NCBI GenBank assembly: GCA_034780895.1
Contig: JAUZTB010000066.1
Location: forward strand, 1,094,251-1,158,250
Length of the DNA stretch: 64,000 nucleotides
Source: Rhynchobatus australiae
Taxonomy: Eukaryota
Direction: 5' to 3'
Below the pieces are notes generated by a model. That model was not told the DNA's origin, did not search any database, and saw nothing but the letters and a program-made list of their open reading frames with translations. This document shows, in pieces, positions 26,800 to 40,990 of the stretch. How positions within the stretch are numbered: position 1 is the stretch's first letter; the number at the start of each line of letters is the position of its first letter. The translations under genes and the position numbers were made by a program.

Positions 26800-27090
26800 G
26801 CATACAAAAGGAAAACATGCAGACACATTTTGTGTGCAAAACCACATAGGTAAGCACATATCTCGACAAGTATATGTGTGCCTGCATAGATGCACACTGA
26901 TGAACACACACATTTAGAAACATGTATTCTCACATGTTTGATGTATAAATATAGGCAGACATGCAAACAGACACACAAACACATTCACATATACCGCACA
27001 CATAAACACAGACTCACGTAGGTACACACTTAAGCTGATGTGCAGACAAATTTTCAGGGAAAGAGGCATCTCTTGCACACACACACAAAA
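26800..27090. repeat. Degenerate (CA)n-rich low-complexity tract
   Basis: Many interrupted acacac/acatac runs. Confidence 0.6.
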
Positions 27091-29029
27091 ATTTTTAAGT
27101 TAAATATTGAGCTAGATCAGATTAGTTGGGAGCGGAACAGAAGTGTGTGATGAGGAAGGTGGAGCAATATCCCTTCACAATATTTTTATAGCATATTTTT
27201 TAACTAAATCAGTGCAATATTTATTGGTTTATTTAAAATTTGACGATCAATATTGAAAGCAATCTCCCTCTCCCCTCGCCATTATTAGCTGCTGCTTCTT
27301 TGTTGAAAGACAGTCAGTGGATGGAGTTCAGCACATTAATGCTCACAGGACGACTGACAACTGTTATCTCCCATTTTCTGGTTATCAGAGAAATCGACCT
27401 AATGTCTGGTAAAGGGGGCACATCAAAAGGACATTTTCTCAACTACCTGTTTATTATCATCACTTATAAAACTGGAAGCTTGATGACCAAACTCTCTCAA
27501 AAGCTTGTCCACTCTCAAATATCAGCTTTTCTGCTCTGATCCAAGATATATGCAAGGACTCACTAAAACAGACATACAGCACTGCAAGGAGAGTCTACAC
27601 AGAGTGCAGCAGACATCAAGAAAGGAGGAACTTGACTAGAGAACCATCCTTCATGTCCTCAGCAAGTTTCTCAGACAAATAATCTGTTTAGAAGTTTAGC
27701 CACCAAAAGGCTGGAAGTCACCTCTGGACCAGAAGTGGCTTGTGAAGAACAAGGGACTGAACATTAGCTCCCAGATCCCTCTGCACCACAACATTCCATT
27801 TAAATAATGCTTTTTCATTCTTTCTTCCAAAGTGGAGAAACTCACATTTTCCCACATTATACCCCATCTGCCAACTTCTTGCCCATTCGTGTAACTTTAT
27901 ATATCCATTTGCAGCTGTGTTCTTCTCACAAGATACAAACCTTTTTATTGGCTCACTGTACAGTATCATGTTGTACAGAGCATGCTCTTAGTGGTCAGGC
28001 TAATGATCAAGATCAACAAATAGCAATGAGATAACCAAGCATTAATCTGTAATGGCAGTCTCAAGAGAGGGGTGAATATTGACCGAGGCAGGGAAAGAAT
28101 CCCTCTGCTCTCCGTTGAACAAACTTTGTGGTATTTTGTATCAAGCCAAAAGGGCAGATGAGGCCCTTCATGCAAAACTGGTCTGTTACCCTTTATTATG
28201 TGTGTGAGTCCTAGAGTGAGGCTTGAAAAGGAAAGCTTACCGAGGTTCCGGCACACTCAGAATTGTACCAGATGTGAATCAACTGCTCACATGTCTGCTT
28301 CGTTCAAAACTTCAACTACGATTTAAATGTTATTGCCACAGTATCTCATTCTGCACCCAAAGATGACTCTGTTGGTAATGGAGAACTTCTAAAGTATGAA
28401 TGAAAATCAACCCATTGTCCATTAAAAACAGGTGGAACTACATATTTAGTTTGACTAAGGCTTTTGAACCATTGAACATTAATCTTTAGTTTATTAAAAA
28501 CTGTACACCTGCCTGCACTTCCTGTCTGTACCACTTGTCACACTTTTGCTGTTAAATGTTTCCAATTATAAGTTCCTCCAGCCACCTTGTAATGGGTTTC
28601 TCCTCTGTCAATGCATCACGCAGCAATTACAAGGCCTGGCCCAGGTGGTCTTGAGCATAACCTGGGAATATGCTCAGAGGTCTGCACTGCCATCTTGCTT
28701 TGCAAAAGGTTGTTTTCATCCAGAGTTTTACTGTTTTGTTTCTGAATAATTTCATTTTAATTGAAAAATCCATCAGGAATTGTTCTGCCTTGGTGAGCTA
28801 ATTATGCCTGCTCACAGCTGGCTGAACTTTTAAAATGAATCAATACATTGTCCCCTCTCTCTACCTGCACTTCGCATTAGCTCAGATTCACAGAAAAATG
28901 AAAATACAAAAACTGCACTTGCTGACAAGTCTGAAATAAAAACAGAAAATGTTGGAAACACCCGGCAGGTCAGGCTGTACCTGTGGAGACAGAAAAAGCT
29001 ACCGCTTCTCATAGTTGCAGCAGGGAGTA

Positions 29030-29500
29030 CATGACGAGCCTGAAAGTGGTCACGGTGGGAAAGAAGGTGTACAGCACACCTGCCTTCATCGGTCAGGGCA
29101 TTGAGTACAAGAGAAGGGAAGTCATGTTGCAGCTGTGTAAAAATTTGGTTAGGCTGCACTTGGAGTGTAATTCTGGTCGCCCCATCGCAGGAAGGATGTG
29201 GAGGCTTTGGAAAGGGTGCAGAGAACATGCACTTATGGTGAATTAGAGGGCACAGGTTAGAGAGGCAAACTTTAAAGGAGATCTGAGGGGAAGGTTTTTC
29301 ACACAAGAGCGTGGTGACTATCTGGAATGAGCTGCCAGAGGCAGATACAACTACAATATTTAAAAGGCATTTTGACAAGTACTTAGATAGAAAAGGCATG
29401 GAGGGATACGAGCCTAATGCGGTCCAATGGGATTAGCGTAGACAGGCGTTACATTCGGCATGGATGAGGCAGGCCTGTTTCTGCACTGAACGTTTCTACG
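29030..29500 (+). mobile_element. CR1 3' fragment, preceded by a Penelope-terminus piece (about 28890-29000)
   Basis: ORF 28983-29246 AFIGQGIEYKRREVMLQLCKNLVRLHLEC. Confidence 0.85.
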
Positions 29501-32221
29501 ATAAACAGCACTCAACACGCTTCAAAGCTCAATCTCTGTTGTTCTAATGTAGTATTTATCCAGCAATGTGGTAACAGTCACCTGCCAACTTGCAGACATA
29601 TGAAATCCAAGCAGGAAGCATTCTTCATTAAGAACAAAAGCATAATCAGGGCGATGTTGTCAGGGCTCATCTGGAGCAGGCCCGAGAATGTGACCAGTTA
29701 ACATTTAATGTGACATTGGACAGTCGGTGGAAAAAGGTGCAATCCACATCTCCCACTGCCCTCAGCTTTATAAAAGAGAGAAAATGAATGAATCCTGAAA
29801 ACCATAATATAACCCAATGCCAGGTACTGACTGAGGCTGAAGTTCCAGAGGTCCAGTCTACTGGCTAACAATAACCAGTAAATCTAAGATGCACTTGCCT
29901 CTAACAGGATACCTATCTGTTTCACTTCTTAGTCATAGTAGAGAAACGCAAGTCACCAGGCTACTGATTCTGAGCACAAATAATGCCAGTTTTAGAACTA
30001 AATTTAGTTTTTTAAAAATCTTGAAATGAAAGTAAAGTGAGCCACAGTTTTGCCAGTATTAAACATAGCTGACAGAGCAAAGGGAGGGAAAGCTGTTGCC
30101 CTACCTGGCCTAGCTCAGAGCAACGAGGGATGGACAATTACCACCAGCCTTACATAATGCTCACATCTAAGAATGTGGGAAAGCCTATGCTGCTGTGACT
30201 GCCAGATCCCACCCGCTGACTGGGTGCTAATAGGCAAAAGCGTGGCATCTGCGCAAATAAGCAAACTCAACCCGAACTGAAGAAGAGCAGGTCAAAATGA
30301 TAGAATAAACTTAAAAGTGGTGAGAAACCATTTTGACAGCCGCCACAAATGGAAGTTTGGCCAGACGAATGATTAATGCCTGTGTTGCATCTTGCTGCAG
30401 TTGCCAAAAGGAGGAGGAAAGGGCAAGTTTCTACAGGAATATGGCAATAAAAGCTACAAATCAATCTTTAAGAACTTGAATCATTCTAAAAGCTTAATGA
30501 ATTCAAATAACGTTACACTATCTCATCCAGGCACACTGTAATTATCCTACTCCCCGAGGACACTCAAATTTTACTGAAGGAGATTGATTTATAAACGAGT
30601 TCCTATCATTGCCTTTAACCCTCTGACTGCAGGACTAAGACCACCTGTGAGGAGGTCTCTCTTAGCTACCTGCACAGCTGACATATTTCCCAAGTTCAGT
30701 GTTATGGAATAGGAACCTCCATTTACTGTCAGCCTTCAAAACTTTTTCATTAAATGAAATTTTGTTTTTTTTTGAAGTTTATCAGTGCACTGTCTTCCTA
30801 AGATCTTTTTGGCAGGAGAGGGATAGGGGAAGGAGGAGGAAAAGGAAGGGAAGGGAAAAGCACACATCTGTGGTTCAGCAAGCTGCCACCCACCTCAAAA
30901 CCAAACCTGGGTAAGAGCCAAGAACATTCTGACTTTTCTTGATTCTGTATAAAATTTAAGATAGAGGATAAATTGACATGGAATACTACATTAGCACCAC
31001 TACAACTGATATCGCCTTAGAGACAGACTTCTCACTTTTCCTTTTTGGGCTGGATGAAACAGCGTCATCAATTAAATCAATTAAAACAGCGGCACTTTCA
31101 GCCCTGGCTGCTACTAAACTGTTAAAAGCCTTGTGTGCATTTCAGAAACGTCGTCGTCACGATTCTTTAAGAACAGTCCACCAACACATTCTAAATCACC
31201 AACCACCATGCTCAATACCCGAGCAAAGTCTTAAGGTATTTACATACAATGGTTGTTTATCAGACTTGGAAGAAATATTCAGCAGTGTTTGGCCCACTGC
31301 TCTTTTTGATATAAATCAACTACCTGGAATGCAGATTTAAAGTTTGCACATGATACAAAGATGGGAAATGTAGTAAACCAGGAGAACAGAAGTGCCCAAG
31401 AAGATAGAATTAGCAGACAAAGGCATCTAAATGTTAATACACAGAAGTGTGAAGTGATAAACTGAAAAATGCAATGACAAACTGTGCTGTAATTTGGGGC
31501 AATTTACACTCAATCACAGAATTATTTATGTTCTATGCAAGTGGCAGGGTGGAGGCATGACAGAGTAGAGCAAGGGGGATGAAGGGTGGGCAGCAAGGGA
31601 ACAAGAGGTGAGGGAAGGCCCAAAGTTTCCTACATTCAGGTGGCTCCTTTCATTTCAAGTCAGTCCTCCACTTGATTCACCCACTCCCATCCATACCACC
31701 ACTCCTGGCCATCTTCCTCTCCACCTCACTTGCCTCTCTCCTCCACCTCCCCCTTGCTTTCCCTCATTCCTTTCCCTCATTCCTTTCCCTCCCCGCTTCA
31801 CTCCTACTTCCACCCCTCCCTGCTCCTTTGCTCCTCCTATCAAGGGCATTCCATTGTTATTGAACACCACAATTAAAATCAAGCCACGGTCACAATTACC
31901 TTTACAAAATTCAAGAATTTTCTTTTGCATAAATTTCAGAGATGATGCAGAGTTTGGGAAAAGAGACATTGTAACTTTCTAAAACTTTTTCACGGGGGGG
32001 GGGGTGGCAGCAGGAATATATCTAGATCGTTCCCTGGGGATTCACCTTAAAACATCATTGATTGCACCAGGGCAACCTGAGAAGTCCTTAAAAAAAACAA
32101 CATTTTTGGTTTATAACCACANNNNNNNNNNNNNNNNNNNNNNNNNNNNNNNNNNNNNNNNNNNNNNNNNNNNNNNNNNNNNNNNNNNNNNNNNNNNNNN
32201 NNNNNNNNNNNNNNNNNNNNN

Positions 32222-32515
32222 GAGCTCAGTGCCCTGACTGATGAAGGCCAGTGTGCCAAACGCCCTCATTACTACCCTCTCTACTTGAGATGCCACTCTC
32301 AGTGAACTGTGCACTTGCACTCTTAGGTCCCTCTGTTCCATAACACTCCCCAGGGCCCCACTCTGGTTTGATCTCCCAAAATGCACATGTATCTGGATTG
32401 AAAGCCATTTGCCAACCCTCAGCCCACTTACCCAGCTGATCAAGACCCCCTGTAATTTTTCCTATCCTTCTACACTGTCTGCAGCACCACCTGTTTCAGT
32501 ATCATCTGCAAATCG
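32222..32515 (-). mobile_element. CR1 RT C-terminal fragment
   Basis: ORF 32111-32443 EQRDLRVQVHSSLRVASQVERVVMRAFGTLAFISQG. Confidence 0.85.
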
Positions 32516-33079
32516 CCTGGGATTGTGGGCCAGGTGTGCGGCTGGAGGCACAGCTGGATGTGCGGCCAAAGCTGAGACAGGGCGGGGTTGTGGACACTGA
32601 GGGTCAGGTAGGTGGGTGGTTTTGCAGAGGGCTTGTCTGTTTCAAGCTGAAATCTACAAGCTGAAACATACATAGTAATTTCATATCCATGGATGGTTCG
32701 CCGCTCTCCATCATTGCAGCCTCAGTATCATTGCCAGCTGCCTTCTTGTTCTCTTTGTTGTCAGTGGGAAATTCATGCCCCTATCCTTTGCGAATAACAA
32801 GGACTTATTTTATGCTCCTAACCAACGGACAGGGCAACCGATCTGGCCTCATTCAATGATCATTCTAACACATTAAATAAAAACAGAAAATGCTGAAAAA
32901 AACTCAACGGGTCAGGCAGTATCTGTGGAAAGAGAAACAGAGTTAATGTTGCAGGTTGAAGACTCTTTTAACATATTATTCCACCTCATACCTGCTATTG
33001 TTTTCCCTAACAAGTATTGCCAACAATCAGCAATTACTTGTACCACATTAATGTGGTACAGTGGGCAGGCACGATAGTA

Positions 33080-33800
33080 GAACATAGATAGAACATAGAA
33101 AAACTACAGCATAATTCAGGCCCAAAGCTGTGCTGAACATGTCCTTTCTCTAGAAATTACTAGGCTTACCCATTGCCCTCTATCTTACTCAGCTCCTGTA
33201 ACTATCCAACAGTCTCTTAAAAGACCCTATCGTATCCGCCTCCACCACCATTGCCGGCAGCCCATTCCACGCACTCACCGCTCTCTGAGTAAAAAACTTA
33301 CCCTTGACATCTCCTCTATATCTACTCCCCAGCACCTTAAACCTGTGCCCTCTCGTGGTCACTATTTCAGCCCTGGGGAAAAGCCTCCATCTACCTGATC
33401 AATACCTCTCATCATCTTATACACCTCTATCAGGTCCCCCCCTCATCCTCCTTCACTCCAAGGAGAAAAGGCTGAGTTCCCTCAATCTGCTTTCATCATC
33501 ATCTGTCCCTTAATTCTAGATATCTCCAACCACGGAAACATCCCCTCAGCATCCAACCCATCAATCCCCCTCAGAATATATTTGTATATTTCAATAATAT
33601 CACCTCTTATTCTTCTAAACTCCATGAGCAGAGACTCAACCACTCTTCATACATCAACCCTTTCTGCTGGGAATCAACCTTCTCTGCAGTGCCTCATTCC
33701 TTAAACATGGAAACCAAAACTGCACACAGTAGCTCAGGCAGTCTCTACTGTGTCCTATAAAGCTGTATCAAAACTTCCCTTCTTTATACTCCATACCTCT
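33080..33800 (-). mobile_element. CR1 tail with (catagaa/catagata)-type terminal repeats, plus an older CR1 fragment
   Basis: aacatagatagaacatagaaaaactacagc tail, and cctctatcaggtcccccc...ccaaggagaaaagg (reverse of LFSLE...GDLIEVY). Confidence 0.85.
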
Positions 33801-34019
33801 TTGCAACCATTCCTCTCTCCACAGATGCAGCCTGGTTTGTTGGGGATTTCCAGTGTTCTCTGCTTTTATAATCATCAGACTACTCCTAGCGCAATTCCGG
33901 ATGTTGAAAAATATGAACCAACATGCTGTGAGGAGAGTGCAGTGGAGATTTGCAAGGACGATAACTGGACACCAAGGGTTAAAACCATGTGAAGACATTT
34001 CACCAACTGTTGCACTCCC

Positions 34020-35540
34020 TAAAACTTAGAAGGTTTGAAAGCAATTTGGTTGAAGTTTTTTAATGAATATTAAAAGACAAAAGCAAAGGAGGAAAGAAAC
34101 TACTTCTACTGGCTGGGGAGTCAGGACTGGCAAGAGTTGAAAAATGAGTCAGGCCATTCAGGAGTGAAACTAGGAAACAATTCTACACACAGAGAATGAC
34201 AGAAGTTTGGAACACTCATCTGCAATTGAAATTAAGTCAATTTTAATATTAAACCTGAAATTAGTTATGAAAATCCATTAATGGCATTATTAGATATGGG
34301 AAAAAGGTATGTACACTGATGAGCCACAATCTTATTAAATGCTAGAATAGGTTTGAGGGGCTGAATGGTCCCTTCCTATTCCTGTTTAAGGAACTACAGA
34401 CTTCAGTTCTATGGAGTGACTAGAGGAGCATAGATCGCCCTCCTTTGAGCTGAAGTTACTGAGAGAATATTTCATGTTTGTGTTTAAAATTATAACAGGT
34501 TTTGAGGAAGTAAGTTGGAGGAAATTACTTCCACCAGCATAAGGGCTGGAAACCTGAGAGAAGAACTGGAGAAGAGAGAAGGGAATTAAAAATGTTCCGT
34601 AGTTAGGAGCCTTACACACCACCAGAAACATGGTGGAAGCAGCTCCGTAAAAGTTTTCAAAAGATTTGGAGAGATGTCTGAAATGGAGGAAGAGCAGGTG
34701 AGAAGGAATGATCAGATTGCTCTTTCTGGGTTTCCTCTTGAGGTTTTCCAGATCCCTGGACACAGAAACCTACATTGGAACAAAAGAAAACCAAAGAATC
34801 AAACCACTAAACTACTGAAATATAAAGCAGTCTTGTCAGCATCTGAAAGAGGAAAGACACAGGGTGCTTGGAATGGGATTCTCCAAAAGGCAGCTTCAGA
34901 CACAGAGTCTGTCTGAAGCAGAAGCCTCGTTCTTGCTCAGCAACTGACCCACGATGGTGATTTTCACCAGAAGCAGCTCTGGACTCAACATAAAGACAAC
35001 AGTAGAGGGGGGGTAAAACGCAAATTCTATTATTAAGTGGCAACTTGATCATTATAATAGGAATGGGTAGAGTAAACATGGATTTATGAAAGGAAAATCA
35101 TGTTTATCGTGATTTTTTGAGGTTTTAACTGGCAACTTTGCCCTAGGTGGAGAGAAACTTTTTAGCAGACGGCACTTAAAAGAATGAGAGTTAATCTCGT
35201 TGAAATTAATGTTTTCAGTGGCTTGACAGGGTACATGCTGGGATGATATTTCCCTTGGCTGGTGTGTCTGGAACAGGGGTCACTATTTCAAAGGGTCGGC
35301 CTTTCAGGACTCTGATGTGAGGAATTTCTTCACCCAGGGGATAGTGAACTTTTAGAGTTTTTGACAAAGTTGGCAGTGTAGAGTCAAGACCAAGGGTGAT
35401 AGATGTTTGCATGTTATGAGAATTAAGGGATGTGGGTAAATGCAGGAAAGTGGTACTGAGGTAAAAGACTTGCCATGATCTGACTGAGCGAGCACAAAAG
35501 GCCAAATGGTCTTCTCCTGGTTCTGTTTCTTACGTTCTTA
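34020..35540 (+). mobile_element. Cluster of degenerate CR1 3' fragments
   Basis: Tail motifs gaggggctgaatggtcccttcctattcctg (about 34355) and ggccaaatggtcttctcctggttctg (about 35500), and an RT piece catggatttatgaaaggaaaatcatg (about 35080). Confidence 0.65.
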
Positions 35541-35666
35541 CAACACTTTGAGAGAATGCAGTCATCCACTCCCCAAAAGGTTAATCTGACACTTTGGTAA
35601 GGCAATCTATTCTGAGAAACAGCTGTGAAGGCCTGTTGTGTACAACACAGCTCCAGGGCCAGCAGT

Positions 35667-35697
35667 GTGGGTGGCTGGGTGGCTGGGTGGCTGGGTG
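35667..35697 (+). repeat. (GGGTGGCT)n microsatellite, about 3.5 units
   Basis: gtgggtggctgggtggctgggtggctgggtg. Confidence 0.9.
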
Positions 35698-36429
35698 ACT
35701 CCAACCAGCCCCCTCTCTCTTGGTGGTCGTGACAAAGGTTGCTGTTAACCCCCTCATGACTGGTTAGCATTCCAAGCCTAAATTTAACAAAATCAGGAAA
35801 TTAAAAATCTCGGTGCACATTATAATTTAGGACATCTTCTGCCCCACTTACAGCCAATTTTATTGGCCAGCTTTGACATATGTTTCACCTTCCAAAGAAT
35901 GAGTATTGGTCTTAACCACTATGCTCATCAAATTCCCATCAAGAGCAACAACTATCCATCAGATCTGTGGTCACAACAACATGGGAGCCACACCTTCCAG
36001 TCCTATCTACATACAACAGAATTCATTCTGCAAACTAATCTTAAGATTTACTAAGTAATTATTTCAAGCAGATCCTACTATTAAATGTGAAAGGTAAGTT
36101 AAATCATTCACATGCCGTAAGACTTTTGGTCACAAATTGACCTCAAACTAAACACCTATTATATCATCTGTATCAAAGCAGCTTCCACCCGAGCATCATC
36201 CAGACTTCATGATTTGTCCTTGGGATATGAAAATACCCCTGGGCCTTGGCTGGGATCTGCATCTGGCTTGGGCCAATTCCTCATTCCTTACAACATGAAG
36301 TTACCATCCCAGTCATAGCACTTCCTCACACCTGTCACTGGGTAGGACGGCAGATCAGTCATGTTATACATTTATAATGTGAGATAGAGATATGACAGAG
36401 ATTCTAAATTATTTTGGATCAGTCATCAT

Positions 36430-37120
36430 GGTAGATGACATTAAGAACATCCCACTAGGAATAGAATACCAGGGGCTACAGATAAGGAGGTACCTCTAAC
36501 ACTGCAGCACATGTACCAGGCAAACTAATGGGGATAAAGATCAACAAATCCTCTGGACCTGAAGTCCTGCATGCTAGGGTTTTAAAGGGAGTGGCTCCAG
36601 AGATAGTAGTGCATTTAGAAAACGGTAAGACAATCAGATAGAGCTAACGTGATTTTATGAAGGGGAAATCATGCTTGACAAACTTGGTTGAGTTCTTTAA
36701 GGATGTAACAATGAGGATGGATAATGGTTAACTAGTAGTTGTAGTATATTTGGATTTCCAGAGAACACTTGATAAGGTGCCACATAAAAGATTAGTGCAC
36801 AAGGTAAGAGCAGAGAGAGTTGGAGGTGATATACTTGCATGAACAGGGAGTGGCTAAATAACAAGAAACAGAGATTCAGTACTTGTTATTTATGGACTGG
36901 CAGCTAGCAACTAGAGGAATGCCACTTCAGTTGGTGCTTGGGCCTTTACTATTTATAACGTATATTGATAACTTGGATGAAGGGGCTGAGTATATTGCAG
37001 TAAAATTGCTGTTGGAGAAGAGGGTTTGCAAGCTATGAAGAGGACACAAGGAGCCTGCAAAATGGATGTGGATAGGTTGAGCCAGTAGGTAAGAGGGTGG
37101 CAGATGGGTTACAATGTTAG
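36430..37120 (+). mobile_element. Degenerate CR1 RT fragment
   Basis: KSSGP, FMKGKSCLTNLVEFFKDVT, VVYLDFQRTLDKVPHKRL and VLGPLLFITYIDNLDE motifs. Confidence 0.88.
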
Positions 37121-40100
37121 TCTGCTCTCCCACTTCTTTTCTCATAGGACAGTCTCGTCAGCCCAGGAATCAATCTTGTGAACTTCAGTGCACCAGCTTT
37201 CAGGCACATGCATCCTTCCACAGATAAGGAGTACAAAATGTTCTTCAAGTATGATGCTTTATAGCTCTACAAGTCTGCAGTAAAAGAATGCAATACTGTC
37301 GTCTTTTAAGGCTCTTCTTAAAACTTCTCTTTAATCATGCTTTTGGCCACTCCCCCTTATACCATCTCCTCTAGAATTTGGTCCATTTTTGCCTGAAACC
37401 CCCAGCACAATTTTATGTTCAAGACATTAAATCAATTACTGTTGGTGTTACTGCCCATAAGATAGAATTGTACCTGTATATTATGGTCAATAACAAACAG
37501 ACAAATGGCTTGTATGGCATACAGTAGGTGGAGATTCTTGCCTTCTGCGGATTGGAGTGATTATCAGTCCCTTGAGTGCATCTATTAAGGAGTTTAATCA
37601 AATAGATGACAACATTTTCATCAGTACTGTCAGTTCTGGGAGTAGATATTTATGGATACTGAGGGTTAAATTTTGGTTGAGACTGGGAAGAACTTTCCTC
37701 CAGAATAATTTCACGGGATCTTTTGTGTCCACCTGAGGTGGAACATGAAACTCTGTGAACAAAACAAACCTACAGCTGCTGTGGGTAATGCGGACTATTG
37801 GGTTAATATCTCAGAATAAAACTAGTGGCACAACACTTCCCCACCCTACATCGTTTCCATACCTGCTATGTTTCAAAATGGAGTTTAGATGAGAATAACA
37901 TAATTGATCAATGTGATCCTAGTTCAAAGAATAATGTGTTCTCCCAGACCAGAAGGCTATTTAGAGATCTGCAGTTTACAGAGTGAAGATGCATATGGCT
38001 GTGAGCACAACTTTCTCCTCTGGCACCTGGCTCTGTTAATCACCAAATAAAACGTGGAGATGAATAGCTAGAGGTGTTAACATCCACCCCAATCCAGTTG
38101 GACAACATCTGCAACAGGAGAGCCCATTCCTCTTTCACTGAACTGAAACATACCAGTACACCATCTCATTGTATCCATCAATCCTTGTGCACAAACCCAT
38201 CCACTAACACCTGGGTCATTTACACTGCCAACACTGGAGGCTTTAGATTCCCAAGACACTGTTGCTCTTTTACCTAAATATTTTTTTCATTAATTAATTG
38301 GCCTTCTTGAGTTTAGGAGGTGCTGCTGGAGTAACCTACTCAAGTAACTGTACTGCACTTTGTGGGCAGTGGACCAATGACAGGGGCTGAATACTTAGGA
38401 TGGTTTAAGGCAGGCTGCTTTGTCCTGTATGGTGTCAAGGTAGAGTATTGTTGGAACTGTGGTAACACTCCATCAAACTAGTCTTGGAGAGGCAAGAGTA
38501 GTAATTTTAGTTAAGCCACTTGTCACAGAACACTCAACCTCTGGCCTATTATTATAAGCACAGTATTTACCACCCCCAACAAATCAGGAGGCTCACAGCA
38601 GAGGACTTGTCCACAGTAATGCTTTAATATTAAAGGCTAATAATTATACCACATGCTGAAAGCATGCACAGAACAACNNNNNNNNNNNNNNNNNNNNNNN
38701 NNNNNNNNNNNNNNNNNNNNNNNNNNNNNNNNNNNNNNNNNNNNNNNNNNNNNNNNNNNNNNNNNNNNNNNNNNNNNTAAGTATCCTCCATGTATTCAAA
38801 AAACTATCAATTTTATTCAGTGTGATACCATTGAAAGACCGACAGTATTTTGGCCATATAAACAAACATAAATGTACCGGTAAAGTAATGTAAAATTTGT
38901 ACCAAACTTTGGTTAGATCAGTTAGCCTGCTGGATGCAATTTTGGGCATCTCATTTCATTAAGATCTTAACGTAAGAACCTCAGAAACAGCAGAACAATC
39001 AGTCAGTCCCTGGTACTTGCTCTGCCATTCAGTAAAATCATGGCTGATCTTTACCTCAGCACCACTTTCCTGAGGCACTAACCTCATATCCCCTGATTCT
39101 CTTAATATTTAAAAAATCTATTGATGAAAGCACAGAGTGCACTGGTAGATTCACGGGGATGATAGGAAAGGTCAACAGCACTTGGGGAGAGAATCAAGAC
39201 ACTGAAACCAACTTTACTGCAACAGAAAGGCTGGGAGATTAGAGGTTTAAACATTTTAAGTGTTTTGATAGTGTGAATGACTATTCCATCTGCATGGGGA
39301 GCCAGAAATGTGGGTCATTAATTTAAAATGGTCAGAGAGAGAGGCATTCCTTGGCAGAATTGTTGAACTAGAGAACGTTTTACCAGAGGCTGGGTTGAAG
39401 GATAGCCACTGCATCTTTTAAGGGAATACTGGAAGCAGAGTGAGATCTGGAGATAATGGAGCNNNNNNNNNNNNNNNNNNNNNNNNNNNNNNNNNNNNNN
39501 NNNNNNNNNNNNNNNNNNNNNNNNNNNNNNNNNNNNNNNNNNNNNNNNNNNNNNNNNNNNNNAATGGAGCTCGGTGGTGGTGGATGCAGGGGTGGGTGAG
39601 ACTGATGAGACGAATTCTCGATTCCTGTAGCACAAAACATTGTGACAATGGGCTCCTCCTGTGCTGTGGATCTGTGGTCAGCAGCCATGTGATAACTGAG
39701 TAATCACTCCACTCAGACAGACAGGAAATGTGTTTTGGTTGCAAATTGGCAAAGAAATGCAACTCTGCAGCTGTAACATCTCAGGCAGTTAAACTCAAGA
39801 GTATTTATTACCATTTCTACTTCATTAAACCGCTGAACTCAGTGCAGGAGAATCTTAGTGTAGCCCTAGGACTGTGATAGTTCGAACCCATTCAGGATAG
39901 AAAAGGCATCCTGCTGCAGAAGAAAACAGCCTTAGGACCAGGCTTTAAAATGTAAATCAACATCTAGGCCCTGACACCACTGCTATATATTTTTTGAAAT
40001 TTAAAACTTAAAAAAAGTTTCAAAATGAACATGTTATTTTATATATAAACATTATTTGGTTACATTGATATCCAACAAATTTGGGATAATGCTGGTAGCA

Positions 40101-40544
40101 GATGGGATGATGTGTCTGCAGTCCAGAGAAAATAAAGAGATGATGAACTCTGAGGCAAAGAATCGGTAGTGTGCTCTTGCTTACCATGAATTGACATCGC
40201 TAATGTTCCTTGGTGAGAGATGTACCTCTACCGGACCCAGCAATGTAAATGAAGCCACGTGCTTCCAGCTGTGCTCTTTTTGANNNNNNNNNNNNNNNNN
40301 AGGTGCAGTTGCACCAAATGGGAAGAAGTCTAAGCGAGAGCACGGAAAAGCCACCACATAGAGCTCATGAAATCAACAATAGTTCCCCACCACAGTGCAT
40401 ACACCATCCCCATCTCTCCTCAACAACTATCCACTTTACAAGAACATTCTTTAAACATGGTGAAATATTTCAACCAATGGATGATACAACACTGTGAGGA
40501 AAGGGGAACTGGTCACCAGAACTGGCTAACAGCCAACAACATAT

Positions 40545-40990
40545 CCCTCTCAGTTCCAGCAACCCAGGTTCAATCCAGGTACTGTGTAGAAGTTGCACGT
40601 TCGCCCTGTAACTGTGTGGGTTTCCCTGGGTGATCTGTTTTCTTCAGAAGAGATGTGTGAGGCAAGTTTTTTTTTACACAGAGAGTGGTGGGGGCCTGGA
40701 ATGTGCTGCCAGGGATGGCGGTAGAGGTAGATGGCATAGGAGCATTTAAGAGACTCTTAGATATGGTAAATATGCAGGGAAGTAGGATTAGATTAATTAG
40801 GTGTCATTGGCTGAATTAGTTCAGCACAACATTGTGGGCTGAAGAGCCTGTCCTGTGCTGTAATTGGTTCCCCTAGAAATCTTCCTTAGTTTAGGTGGGC
40901 ACATGAGAGGGAATATGTTACAGGGAACTAAGTGGGAGAATGGGATTGATGGAGTTGACTCGATGGGCTGAATAGCCACCTTCTCTATTG
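40545..40990 (+). mobile_element. Fragmented V-SINE with a CR1 tail inserted (about 40650-40865)
   Basis: aacccaggttcaatcc...gttgcacgttcgccctgtaactgtgtgggtttccctggg head, and CR1 tail gtgggctgaagagcctgtcctgtgctgt. Confidence 0.65.

Noticed and set aside
31640-31840. Pro-rich and Gly-rich ORFs (31608-31982, 31655-31969)
   Set aside because: Polypyrimidine low-complexity tract, not credible coding sequence.
40184-40270. Possible minus-strand exon ending at ATG|GTAAGC
   Set aside because: Its translation resembles no SMG6 segment, the acceptor side falls next to a gap, and such donors occur by chance.
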